NCBI RefSeq assembly: GCF_964355755.1
Contig: NC_092674.1
Coordinates: 2,046,001 to 2,110,000, forward strand
DNA length: 64,000 nucleotides
Origin: Antedon mediterranea
Lineage: Eukaryota; Animalia; Echinodermata
Direction of reading: 5' to 3'
The position numbers and the translations under genes are program-made. Under the pieces are notes generated by a model that ran no database searches, was not told the DNA's origin, and saw only the letters and a program-made list of their open reading frames with translations. Of this stretch, positions 1 to 11,744 are shown piece by piece. Every line of letters begins with the position of its first letter. The first letter of the stretch is position 1.

Positions 1-3000
1 GTAATTCCACATTTTCAAGACAAAAATCTAAATTATTTTTTGCAATAGTAAGCTCTGGAGATATATTTAGTTTCTTGGTACCGCTAGAATTCTTAAATGT
101 TTGTGTCTCTTTTAAATCACTGGTAGTTTCAGATTCTTGTTTAAAGAGTGATTGCTTGTTTTCTGGACTATTTTGAAGATTCGTCTGCAAACTATCTTTC
201 TTTTTAAACAAACCGGCATCTCTACAGTCTTGTAGGTTCATATCAATGTATTTAGATTCCATTACACAAGATGCTGTCAGATTTTTCTCCAGATCATCAT
301 CACTATCAGAAAGATCTGAAGAAGGAAAATATTCCTTTGCTCCAGAGAGATTTTTTAATTCATTTTCTACTTTCTTTTCGACTGTTTTTCCAACTTGTTT
401 AGGTTCGTTAATGTCTGCATTTGGAGCAGTGGGTTCTTTTGAAGTCACTTTAGAATCTTTTTCTAATTCTTGAGTTAAAAAAGATTCTGTTGGAATTTTC
501 TCCAGATCATCATCACTATCAGGAAGACATTCTTTAAGATTTTTAAATTCATTTTCTACCTTATTTTCAACTGTTTTACCAACCTGTTCATGTTCGTTAA
601 TATCTGCATTTGAAGCAGTAGGTTCTTTTAAAATTACTTCTAAATCTTGGGTTCCAAACGATTCTACCGGATTTTTCTCAAAATCATCATCACTATTAGA
701 GAGATCCAGAGAAGGAAGACATTTCTTAGGATCTGAGAGATTTTTTAATTCATTGTCTACTTTCTTTTCGACTGTTTTTTCATCTTCTTCAAGTTTGCTA
801 TCTGCAGTTGAAACAGTGAGTTCTTTTGATGTCACTTCAAAATCTTTTTCTAATTCTAGGGTTTCAAAAGATTTTGCAGGATTTTTCACCAGATCATCAT
901 CACTATCAGAGAGATCCAGAGAAAGAAGACACTGCTTAAGATTTGAGAGAGTTTTGAATTTAGTATTTACATTCTTTTCAACTGTTTTTAGATTTTCTTC
1001 AAGTCCATTAATATCTGCATTTGTAACAGTTGGTTCTGTCACTTCCGAATCTTCTTCTAATTCTAAATTTTTCGATAAAATGTCAGGAATTTCACTTGTG
1101 GAACTTTCCAATTTTGTTGGTACATTTAGTTCTTCTTCTAATAAAAGATCTGGTGGTAATTCAGACTTACTTATATCATCATATTTTGTATTCTCTATTT
1201 CTACCTGATTGCATAGAATGACTTCAGCTGAATTTTGCTCATCTGCAACTTCTTCTGTATATCTATGAACGGCATCACAAAAGAGATCACTTGAATTCAA
1301 CGGGTTTCCATAATTATCTTTGGTTGTGCCACCAATTGGAAAATCTTGTTTTACGGAAGTTATACCATCAATATTAGGTGATACTAGTGAAGTATGGACT
1401 TGGTCATCTCTTACATCTGTCTTTGATGAGTCACCATTGTCTAAATCACTCATCTCAGAAAGCATAATATCATGATCTTCTACTGGACTTTTAGCATCTG
1501 CTGAACAAATGCTGTTATCAGATTCAGCAATGGGTTCTTCAACAAGTTTTTGTAATGGACTCAAATTTGTTATTGATTTACAGTTTTGTTCTTCATTTTC
1601 ACAATTTACATCATTAACAATTTTTCTCAAAATGTCTTCACACACATTTTCAGTAGTTTCCTCAATCTCATTGTCAACGTTTATCAACAGATCTTCTGAA
1701 TTCCAATTAAATTTTGGTTGCGTTGTATTTTCACTTTCCACTACTGTATTTGTAGAGGAATGATTATTTGCCTTATTATTTTTCATAATTACATCGGTTG
1801 ATAAAGTAGAAATAACATTAGGTCCATTAAAATTGTCTGCTTGATTTTCTATAACTTCTGAAGCAGAATTGGAGTTATCCAATTCACTAAAATTATTCTT
1901 CACTTCACTATTTACTACATCAACTTTCACAGCTTTTTCTAAAGTAAAATTACTTTCTTTTTCTACATCTTCTGAAGCATCCGATTCTTGGTCGTTACTG
2001 TTCTTTCTTCGAGATTGCTTTTTGATTTTCATTGGTAATGAAATATGGACGTTTTCTGTACAATTGCTATTAGAATTCTTAGTTCTAGATCTAGTCATTC
2101 TTGGAGGAGTGTTGTTAATGAATGGCATTTTGGATTTGGAGACTTCGCTATGTGAAGATTTAACTGGAGTGGGTATCTCCGATGAAGCATGACAATCATT
2201 TGCAATATCTTCCTTTGGTTGAGATTGTGCTTCATTTGGTACCTCTAGGAAAGTTGGGTTTTCTGTGATATCTTTACATTGTCTGGTTGCTTCCATTGGT
2301 TGAGATTCTGCTTCATTTGGTACCTCTAAGGAAGTTGTGTTGTCTGAGATATCTTTACAATTTATTGTTGGCGATTTAACTGCATTTGATATCTCTAAAG
2401 ACGCCTGGCAGTCATTTTCTTCCATTGGTTGAGATTCTGCTTCATTTAATACCTCTAATGGACGTGATCTTGATGAGTCTTCTTGCATTGGTTCGGACTC
2501 TACTTCTTTTGGTACCTCTAAGGAAGTTAAGTTTTCTGTGATATCTTTACATTGTCTGGTTGGCAATTTAACTGGATTTGATATCTCTAATGAAGCTTGG
2601 TGGTCATATTCAATATCTTCCATTGGTTGAGATTCTGCTTTATTTGGTACTATTAATGGACATGATCTTGTTGAGTCTTCTTCCATTAATTGTGATTCTA
2701 CTTCTGTTGGTACCTCTAGGGAAGTTGGGTTGTCTGTGATATCTTTGCATTGTCTGGTTGCTTCCATTGGTTGAGATTCTGCTTCATTTGGTACCTCTAA
2801 GGAAGTTGTGTTGTCTGAGATATCTTTACAATTTCTTTGTGAATTAAGTGGATTTAATATCTCTAATGAAGGTTGGTGGTCATTTGCAATATCTTGAGAT
2901 TCTGCTTCAACTGCTTCCTCTAAGGGAGTTACGTTTTCTGTGATATCTTTACATTGTCTGGTTTGCGATTTAACTGGATTTGATATCTTTAAAGAAGCCT

Positions 3001-6000
3001 GGCAGTCATTTTCAATATCTTCTATTGGTTGAGATTCTGCTTCATTTGATAAATCTAAGGAACAGGATTTTGAAGAGTCTTCTTGCATTGGTTGTGATTC
3101 TACTTCTCTCGGTATCTCTAAGGAAGTTGTGTTGCCTAAGATACCTCTGGTTGGCGATTTAACTGGATTTGGTATCTCTGAAGAAGCCTGGTGGTCATTT
3201 TCAATATCTTCAATTGGTTCAGATTCTGCTTCATTTGGTACCGCTAGGGAACAGAATCTTGATGGTCCTTCTTGCATTGGTTGAGATTCTACTTCCTTCA
3301 GTACCTCTAAGAAAGTTGTGTTGCCTAAGATACCTCTGGTTGGCGATTTAACTGGATTTGGTATCTCTGAAGAAGCCTGGTTGTCATTTTCAATATCTTC
3401 AATTAGTTCAGATTCTGCTTCATTTGGTACCGCTAAGGAACAGAGTCTTGATGGTCCTTCTTGCATTGGTTGAGATTCTACTTCCTTCGGTACCTCTAAG
3501 GAAGTTGTGTTGTCTAAGATACCTTTGGTTGGCGATTTAACTGGATTTGGTATCTCTGAAGAAGACGGGTGGTCAATATCTTCTATTGGTTGAGATTCTA
3601 CTTCCTTCGGTACATCTAAGGAAGTTTTGTTGTCTGAGATATCTTTACAATTTCTTGGTAAATTAACTGGATTTGATATCTCTAATGAAGTTTGGTGGTC
3701 ATTTGCAATATCTTGAGATTCTGCTTCAATTGCTCCCTCTAAGGGAGTTATGTTTTCTGTGATATCTTGACATTGTCTAGTTGGTGATTTAACTGGATTT
3801 TGTATCTCTAAAGAAGCCTGGCTTTCATTTGTAATACCTTCCATTGGTTGAGATTCTACTTCATTTGCTCCCTCTAAGGGAGTTATGTTTTCTGTGATAT
3901 CTTGAAATTGTCTTGTTGGCGATTTAACTTCATGGAGTGTCTCTACAGAAGGAATGTCTTTCAACAAATCTTGAGTTGTTCCGTGTGGATGTTCATGTTG
4001 GTTTGGGATCTTTAATGGAATTCCATCATTTACTGACCCTTGACATGACCTTGGTGATGTTTCTCCATTGTTTGGTATTTCGAAATGAGAGTCATCGTGT
4101 AGAGAGTCTTGACACATCTCTAATGCGTTATCAATTTCATCTGCAATCTCTGATATCTCATCTTCTTCTTCACTGGAACTACTGTCACCAAGATCCTACA
4201 AATAAAAAATAATAACATATTAGTATGCAATTGAATCAGACACAATTAAATAGGAACAAATATTGTTTTGTTACTTACCTTTACAGGGTATTTACATGGT
4301 GATGGTGGTATAGGTGAAAGGCACACTGGCATCCTTCTCATATCTAAATCTCTCAATCTGTCCAACACAGACTGCTGCTTTATCTTAGTTGCCTTTCTTA
4401 TCGTTTCAACATGATCTTGCTGGTAATGGCTGTCTTGATTTCCTTTCACATTTACAACGGCTTCTATAAAACTTGTTTCGTCTTCAACTAAGTCTGTTTG
4501 CGTTTCTTGATCATTTTGCAATACGTTCTTCGATAATGCTGCATTTTTCTTATTTAATAGTTCCTGTAAAGCTTCATCATCAATTTGGTCTAAAGAAAAA
4601 AGTAAGATAATTAGAAATATTTGCAGAAACGAGGTTAAGACACTTGACTATCATACAGAAAGGCCTGGGTTCAACTCCTGATAACTACCTGGTTAAAAAA
4701 TACTAAAGAGGATAAGGCCACACCACCACATAATGCCGAGACTTACTCCAATAATAATTCCAGAATGAATACAAGGCTCACTCTTACCTTTTTTCTACCT
4801 TCTAATCTAAGACATACAGTAAAAATATTTGTGTATTTAATGCATACTCAGAAGTTACAATCTGTAGAATGTCTTACCTTCTTCACTGCAGGGCTCCTTG
4901 GCTGTCTTTGTAGCTTCTAGTTTTTTTACAGTTGGTATTGACACTCCGTGGAAAACTAACAGCTCACGTAACTTTTGTCCTATATTCTAAAGATAGATAA
5001 TATTTATAAGAATAAAATAATATTTTTAGTCGCGTGGAAGCGACTCTATAGTTCACTATGTCGGTCGGTCGGTCTGTCGGTCCGGTATCACTATGCGTTT
5101 TATCGCTTTCTGACCTTATCTTGATATCAGTTTAATCTAGCTAGGTCAATTTTTCACAGTATATTCCTTATGGCCAGGAATCGATGAGGTTATGTTTTCA
5201 TGGTGCGCAATAAAAAATTACGCGGTCTACGCACGATTTAACGAAATCATGTTTGTAATCATATCTTCACAACCATGAATCACAATTAAATAAAATTTGG
5301 TAATTTCCGGGCATAAATCATGATATGGCAATACAATTAAAAAATTTTCAAAATTTATTTTCGATGAAGTAAGAGTACGTTTCAAGCAATTTTAAGCGTT
5401 TACAAAATTGCCATGAGTGCGCATATTTTTGCGCGCACACTGCGCGTTAAATGTTATTGCGCACTCTTTTTGCCCGATTTCTGTTTTCTTGACTTACTTT
5501 TCAACTCGAAATTACGTTATACGAGCACGTCAAAAGTGACAGGCTACGCACGTGTAAATTTAAAAAATATAAATGTTTTTAAACATTTCAACATTTTTAA
5601 ACATGTTTAGTAATTTCGGTCAGTATAGTTCACTACGTCGGTCGGTCGGTCTGTCTGTCGGCCTGTCTGTCGGTCCGGTATCACTGTGCATTGTAGCACG
5701 CGACTTAATGGCTGTTGGCCTTGTTTCAACAATAAAAGGCCATATAAAAAGATTAAAATAACAACAATACATCATTAAATCACATTGTCATATACAGTAA
5801 AAAGGATTATTCATTTTAAAATAATGCCAAACAATACAAACCTTAGATGAAGTCAATCTTTTGTTAGTTGTCCAGTTCTTCTTTTTTAATTCTGAGTTTT
5901 CCTTCTTTAGATTCAAATTGTCTTCTTTTATCTTCGCTACATTCTTTAGATCACTGAAAAAAATATTTTAAAAAACAATTTCATAACAATATCATATTGA

Positions 6001-7526
6001 ACTTCCATAAACATGTCTCTTTAAATTTCATTTTAGAATAATTAAATGTACATAAAATAATGGTTTTGTGTGATTGTCGAAATTAAAAAAAATATAAAAT
6101 ATAAAAAAATACAATATAAAGGCTTTCAAACCTGTTGTATTTGTCCAGTTTAACGTTTACTTTTAATAATTCAGTTTCTTTTGTTGCTAGTAAGTCTTTT
6201 AACTGGACACATAATGCATCATTTGCACCTTGGTTGATTGAACGTTCTTCTGCGTTCTTGTTCAATTTTTGATTTTCAAGCTTCAGTTTTCCATTTTCCT
6301 AAAAGTTAAAAATATAATATTTCACAATTATTATTATAACAAAGGAAATTTATATGATTAAAAACATTATATTGGTATACTATCCTTTTTGGTAGGAAAA
6401 TTAACAAAACAACTTCCTAATTATTGAATAAGTATAAAAAACTTACAGATCGTACTGGAATAATTTCTTTTAATGTATTGGAGAGTTGTTCTTCTAGCAC
6501 TCTGCAGTCTCTGAAAGGAAAAAACATAGTAACAATTGTTAAATTCACATATATTTATACGACATTGCGGAAAAATGCATCAAGACAAAATTGTTGCATT
6601 ATAATTATCAACTTACTTGCGAGACGATGACACACGATTGGCTAATTCCTTCAGCTTGTTCTTCAAGACTGTATTTTGTAAACATACAGTTAAGAAATAA
6701 AAGGTATTAAAATGGCTATTGTTATCAATACTTGGATTAATATTCTGATCATTTTCATAAACATTTTTATCAACATTTCATCAACATTTTCATCAACATT
6801 TTCCTCAGCATTGCATCAACATTTTCATCAACACTTTTATCAACATTTTCATCAACATTGCATCAACATATTTATCCCCATCAACATACGTATTCTAAGC
6901 CTCAACATTTTCATCATCATAATCTTTATTTAAATCATCACTGTTTTTGTCTTATCTATATTTTTTATATTACTACAAAGGTTAATTTAATAAAATAAAA
7001 GGATATCTTGTGTCTTTGTTTGGTACTGTCTGATTAATTCACTGTTGAGAAAAAAGATCAGTAAAACATTAATGAACAATAATTAGAAATTATACCATAT
7101 AAAATTACAGTATAAATATGTTTTCTTCAATACTTACTCAACTAACATCATTTTCTCTTTTAGTGCTGTATATTTCAAGGTGTGTTCTGTCTTGCACTGT
7201 TCCAGTTCCTACAAAAAGATAATTTTTGATAAATAATTTGTAATAATGTATAATATAAAACAAAATAAAAGATAAAAGAGACAATGTGAGGCAAAATGTA
7301 TGCTTCAAAAAACTAAATCGTAAGATCAATCAATCAAATAAATTTATTACATCTAATAAGGAAAGTTATGTACAGAAAAGAGATATAAGCAAGGCTTTTA
7401 TTTTAAAGCAGAAGAAGATGGTAAACAAGGTTGTACCTGTTGAAGCTGGTCACATCCTTTGCAAGACAGAACACTTGGTTCCTGTTGGTTTAACATTCTA
7501 ATACATCTACTGTCAACTGTTGCCAT
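1..7526 (-). CDS. ICE1: Little elongation complex subunit 1 (ICE1/KIAA0947)-like, 3'-partial. Coding exons: 7526-7437, 7208-7138, 7041-7007, 6677-6617, 6510-6447, 6298-6132, 5953-5842, 4986-4878, 4589-4279, 4195-<1
   Basis: All junctions are phase-consistent. The N-terminus MATVDSRCIRMLNQQEPSVLSCKGCDQLQQELEQCKTEHTLKYTALKEKMMLVDELIRQYQTK resembles ICE1 (SRCQGCASLQQ..ALITLKQKIINTDNLLTEYQKK) and is followed by a coiled coil. MPVCLSPIPPSP..DLGDSSSSEEED resembles the ICE1 PPLLSPLPSP..DSSD motif. The large exon was spot-checked open in the same frame at both ends; the ORF track probably omits it because it has no stop inside the window. Confidence 0.85.
250..1070 (-). repeat. Coding repeat in ICE1 large exon: 4 diverged copies of 180-213 bp
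   Basis: The motif (ag/aa)atcatcatcactat recurs at ~291, 504, 682 and 891, encoding SD/NSDDD(L/F)(E/V)K-type acidic motifs on the minus strand. Confidence 0.85.
2200..3930 (-). repeat. Coding tandem repeat in ICE1 large exon: core unit 189 bp (63 aa) plus shuffled sub-units
   Basis: Antisense ORFs at 2980, 3169 and 3358 are spaced exactly 189 bp and are near-identical. Motifs ESQPMEE, PVKSP and KDITEN recur across the interval. Confidence 0.9.
5023..5726 (+). mobile_element. Helentron-associated non-autonomous element (HINE/DINE-1-like) in an ICE1 intron
   Basis: T-run at the 5' end; sub-terminal inverted repeat AGTCGCGTG (5028) / CACGCGACT (5697); (GTCG/GTCT)n microsatellite blocks near both ends; short 3' hairpin ggctgttggcc followed by TTGTTT. 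Confidence 0.7.
6678..7006 (-). other. U12-type (minor spliceosome) AT-AC intron of ICE1
   Basis: Donor G|ATATCCTTTT at 7006; branch site TTCTTAAC at 6696-6689; acceptor TTTAC| at 6678. This junction keeps the reading frame. Confidence 0.88.
6755..6870 (+). repeat. 12-bp low-complexity repeat (ttttcatcaaca)n inside the U12 intron
   Basis: About 9 imperfect copies are visible. Confidence 0.8.
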
Positions 7527-7574
7527 TCACAAATGTTACTCCTTCTGCTATATTTCTTCAGACAATGAATGATT

Positions 7575-8186
7575 CTAAAATTGTTAAAAAGTGAAAATAA
7601 ATGTTACAATCTAGGCCGCCAGTAGACACCACACTGTCACAACAATCTTGTAAATCTAACATTTTTCATAAATTCATAAAGAATTCATTTTAGCCACCTA
7701 CACTAATACGCGATCTAAGTACGCCTAGGCCCAGATGGGTGGGTGCAAAACGAGAAAATACTAGTCATTAAAAAGCGATCTCTCCGCCTAACAAATCTAA
7801 ACACCAACCCATCAGGACAGCAGAGCAGACGGCCTAGCTCAGGCTGAGATAAATAATACGCTCAATAACCAAATCAGTCTGTGATGTCTTCAATCTATAA
7901 TAATTGACACATATTTGACTAGGTCCTTTGACTATAAACAGATATTTCAACAAACTAACAAACAATAATAAATGCAAAAAACAAACCAAAAAGTTCTTGA
8001 CAAAATCCACATGCTGTTCGTACGTGCACGATGTAATTTTTTCCCATACGTTATTTAATCGTGGTTTGCTACCCTCTGGTGGTGGTGGAGGAAAGTATGA
8101 AATATATTTTACTGGACGCGAGAGGCGCCCTAATATTTTTTCGTGGACGGAGTGTGAGAAAAATTGAAACAATAACTGACATTTTG
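7575..8186. promoter_or_regulatory. Probable bidirectional promoter between ICE1 (-) and the eIF2A/PYM-C-terminal-like gene (+)
   Basis: The two start codons are only ~660 bp apart, head to head; locally higher GC and CpG; GGAAAGT and GGCGCC motifs. Start sites cannot be placed. Confidence 0.55.
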
Positions 8187-10191
8187 ATGGCTGGTAAAGG
8201 GTTTATTCACTTTTTATATAACATATAAGCCTAGCTAACATTAACCATTATTTATATTATTATGTTAAAATTTAAAATAGTAAAACTGGAGTTGTATTAC
8301 GACACACCTCCTTTTGATGACTCGACCATGTGAGACAGTGAGTGAGTGTCAAAAGTTGGCGAGCATCGATTGCCTGGAATTTAGGGAATTAATGCCGGCT
8401 AGCCTACAATTATTCACAATTTTTAACAAAATTGCTATGTTTTATAAAAAAAAATTTTCATCAGATTTTTGTCCAGTTGATTTAAAATAATAATTTTTAC
8501 CATATGTTTTTTTAAAATATATAGATAAAACTATTATTACTATAGTTTAGAAGTAGAGTAGGTACGTAGTCTAGTGTAGTTAGTAAAGTTTTAAAAATGC
8601 CTACTTTAATATTATTATTAGTAATACTAATATTAATAATTTTTTTAATAATTTTAATATTTCAGACAGTACCGGTCTTAGCAAAGCAGCCAAGAAGAAT
8701 CAGAAGAGACGAGGAACCGGAGAACAAAATGAAGTAGACTTGATTCAAAATCTTAGAGATCAGCTAACAGAGGCCAAGACTAACAAAGTCAGTTCATCAG
8801 CATCATTGTGCCATGTTTATCGCAAATAGCATGCGCAATGCATGGTGGGAAGGATATTAAAGCAGCGTCATGACGCATATACATGATTTGTTGTTTGTAC
8901 GTGTACGTATTCCCATCATGCATTGTGCAATGATGTTCCTCGCGAAATCAAGCTATTTGCAATTTGCTTAAACATGCATTTTACCCTTGGGCCTTTATAT
9001 ATGCTTAACAATCTTGGATCTCCCACAGAAGGATTTACAGTCAGCATAAAACAAAAGGCCAGGGATACAAAAAAAAGACATAAAGGACTTGTTCTCTGGG
9101 GGAGGACCTCACACCCCTGCTCACATAAACCTCCTTTCCCATCTTCCTGGATCCACTTTTTACCATGCTTTTCATTTAGCTTTCATTTCAGATATTTCTT
9201 TAAGTTAATATTGTGATTCAAAAATATATAACTATTGTACTTTCTACAGGATCATGCTCTGGCTAATGAATTGAGGCAGAAGCTGTGGATAGCTCAGGAT
9301 TTAAATGCAGGACTGAAGTAAGTCTATTGAAACCCACATCATAGTACAGTCAACTCTCTCAATACCAGACATCATGAAAGTTGAGTTGGCCTAATATTTC
9401 TGGTTTTCGAGAAATGTTGGTATTCTAAATGTGTTTTTAATGATAAAATATAATTTGGGAACTTTTTGACATCCAAAAATGTCTGGGTTTATTAGGAGAA
9501 TTTGCAATTTTCAAAGAGTTCATCATTTGGAGACTTTTGTGTTAATTTGATTTTTATTTTATTAGTGTGTAGCTAATAATAATTCATATTATTGACCAAA
9601 AAAGTATTAACCAAAACTATGTCTTAGACCTGCCATTGACAAGGACGACGACAAGGCTCGGAAATTACTGAACACGGTAACGAATGAAGGACTAGGAACT
9701 CAGAAGGATACTGTACAAGTTGTAGCGCCCTCTGTAACTTCTACTGCCGACCAAGATGAAAAAAAGATGAGAAACCTTCAGAAAAAACTCAAAAAGATTG
9801 AAGAATTGAAAGTAAAAAAAGAAGCTGGAGAGAAACTAGAAAGTAATCAGGTAAGTTTAGCAGCAGAAAAACTTTTTTTTATTTAATTTTATTTATTTGA
9901 TGGAGATCAACATTTTAATGATGGATCCAAATTAGTTTGACAAAAAAAGTGTAATGTGCCCAAATATGGTAGTGATATGACATTATTATGTCCATATATG
10001 GGCAGATCGCATTGTTTTGTCACATAAAGTTAATACAGTAGTGTAGACAGAGCTTTATTTTATATTTTATCTATTCGCTTATTCAGTTGTTTGTTTTTTG
10101 TTTTTAGTTGAAGAAGATTGAAACAGAATCAGATGTGTTAGAAGAAATTGAACATTTAAAGAAACTTATGAATGTTACAGTGAAAAGGTAA
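8187..10191 (+). CDS. 167-aa protein similar to the C-terminal region of eIF2A/PYM1, with a UVR-like helical hairpin. Exons: 8187-8193, 8666-8787, 9250-9317, 9628-9850, 10108-10191
   Basis: Phase-consistent GT-AG splicing gives MADSTGLSKAAKKNQKRR...LIQNLRDQLTEAKTNKDHALANELRQKL...EKKMRNLQKKLKKIEELKVKKEAGEKLESNQLKKIETESDVLEEIEHLK. Compare eIF2A DKKIKNLKKKLKAIEQLKEQAATGKQLEKNQLEKIQKE and PYM1 GLSKTAKRNLKR. The 7-nt first exon is the least certain. AATAAA follows at ~10521. Confidence 0.75.
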
Positions 10192-11744
10192 CATTGGCAG
10201 TTACCATGGTAATGGTAATTAACAAAACAAAAACAAAATTACGCTTTGACTTATGGCAATATGGAATTAACCATGTGAAAAAGGAATTGACAATTATACC
10301 ATAACAACAGCTCAAGACTTTTAATATCTCAAGCTGGAATAATTTGCCAGTTGGAGCTTTTGGCACGTTTTCACTGGAGCAGTCTGTAATAATTAATATT
10401 GTAATTAAAATGGACAATAATTAAACAGTAATGTAAAATGAATACAATTAAATATTATTAATATCTAATTTCAATGTAATTCATATATTTTGTCAGTAAT
10501 TTTGTCGTAATAATTTATTTAATAAATGACTTGTTCACATTTTATTTGATTTCAACTACAGGTAGTATGTTGGTATTTAAAATAAAATAATTTTAGACAA
10601 GTTTTGTTTTTTATTTTATTTTACTCTTCCACACCATAAACCTCATCATTTTAGAATTACATTTGTTTCACTTTCTCTCACCTTACCATAAATCTATAAA
10701 TTGTAAATCTTATTTGCTTAAAATAAACACAGTTTTATTTAACTGGGCCATTACCATAAATTTGTGTCAGTTCAATATGTGGGTGGTTTCTTGACTAAAT
10801 TAATTGTTCAAATCTTTGCCCTGTCAAAGCTTTTCAAATACTAACAACGCAAGTCACTAAAGCTATATTAGTATACTGTAAGTTTGTACTTGGTTTTATA
10901 AGAATCCCCCATGCATATTTGTATTACTGTATCTACCATTTCTGTCCAGTTTAAGTACCTTAACAGATTAATATTGTTAAAAACACATCGTAGACAATTC
11001 TAGTCTAGTTGTATTCAAATTCTGTCCTATTAAAAAGCAAATATCGTTTTTATATATAAAAATATATCAATTTATTATACCGTTCAATTCATTAACAATG
11101 TTTCTTAATACTTATATAATTAATACAGAAAACAGTAACAGTAAAATGCTAAAAAGACGTCAAGTATACACGGAATACAGTAGGAGCCCTATTAAGGGAA
11201 CACCTTCAGGACCCAAAATAAATGTCCTATTAAGAGATTACTATAGTGTTAGAACATACTGTACATGTCATGGGAAAGTAATACTGTATAATCCCTTATA
11301 AAACCAATTATACCATATCAACACATTAAACTTAATGTATACAATACTATTATAATTACTATGTTTATATATACAGTAGTACTGTATCAACACATACACT
11401 TTATACAATTAAAATCTATATATAATTTAAACTACAGCAAAATCCATATTAACAGGATGACTTTGAGACCCAAGAAAGCCCTTAATTTTTTTTACAGGAA
11501 AGTTCCCCCTTAATAAGCGTGTCTCAATAAAAGATTCTAATATAAACCCGTTTAAAGTATGAAAAACATGTTTAAAAGCACCTTTTTATATAAAACCACT
11601 AGAACTATTACCAATATATTTTTACAATTTTAAGATAATAAAATAATAAGACGGAGTTTCCAATTTGATCGATTGTCAATACATTCACATATTTTAGTCC
11701 AAACTTTATAAAGTATTAATGAAAACAACTTGGTAACCGGTGAC

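Noticed and set aside
246-4212. Plus-strand ORFs, including three near-identical 60-aa ORFs
   Set aside because: Antisense shadows of the repeat-rich ICE1 exon on the minus strand.
4625-4700. tRNA-like sequence (ggttaagacacttgact...gggttcaactcc)
   Set aside because: It has a B-box-like motif but no intact acceptor stem; more likely a decayed tRNA-derived SINE.
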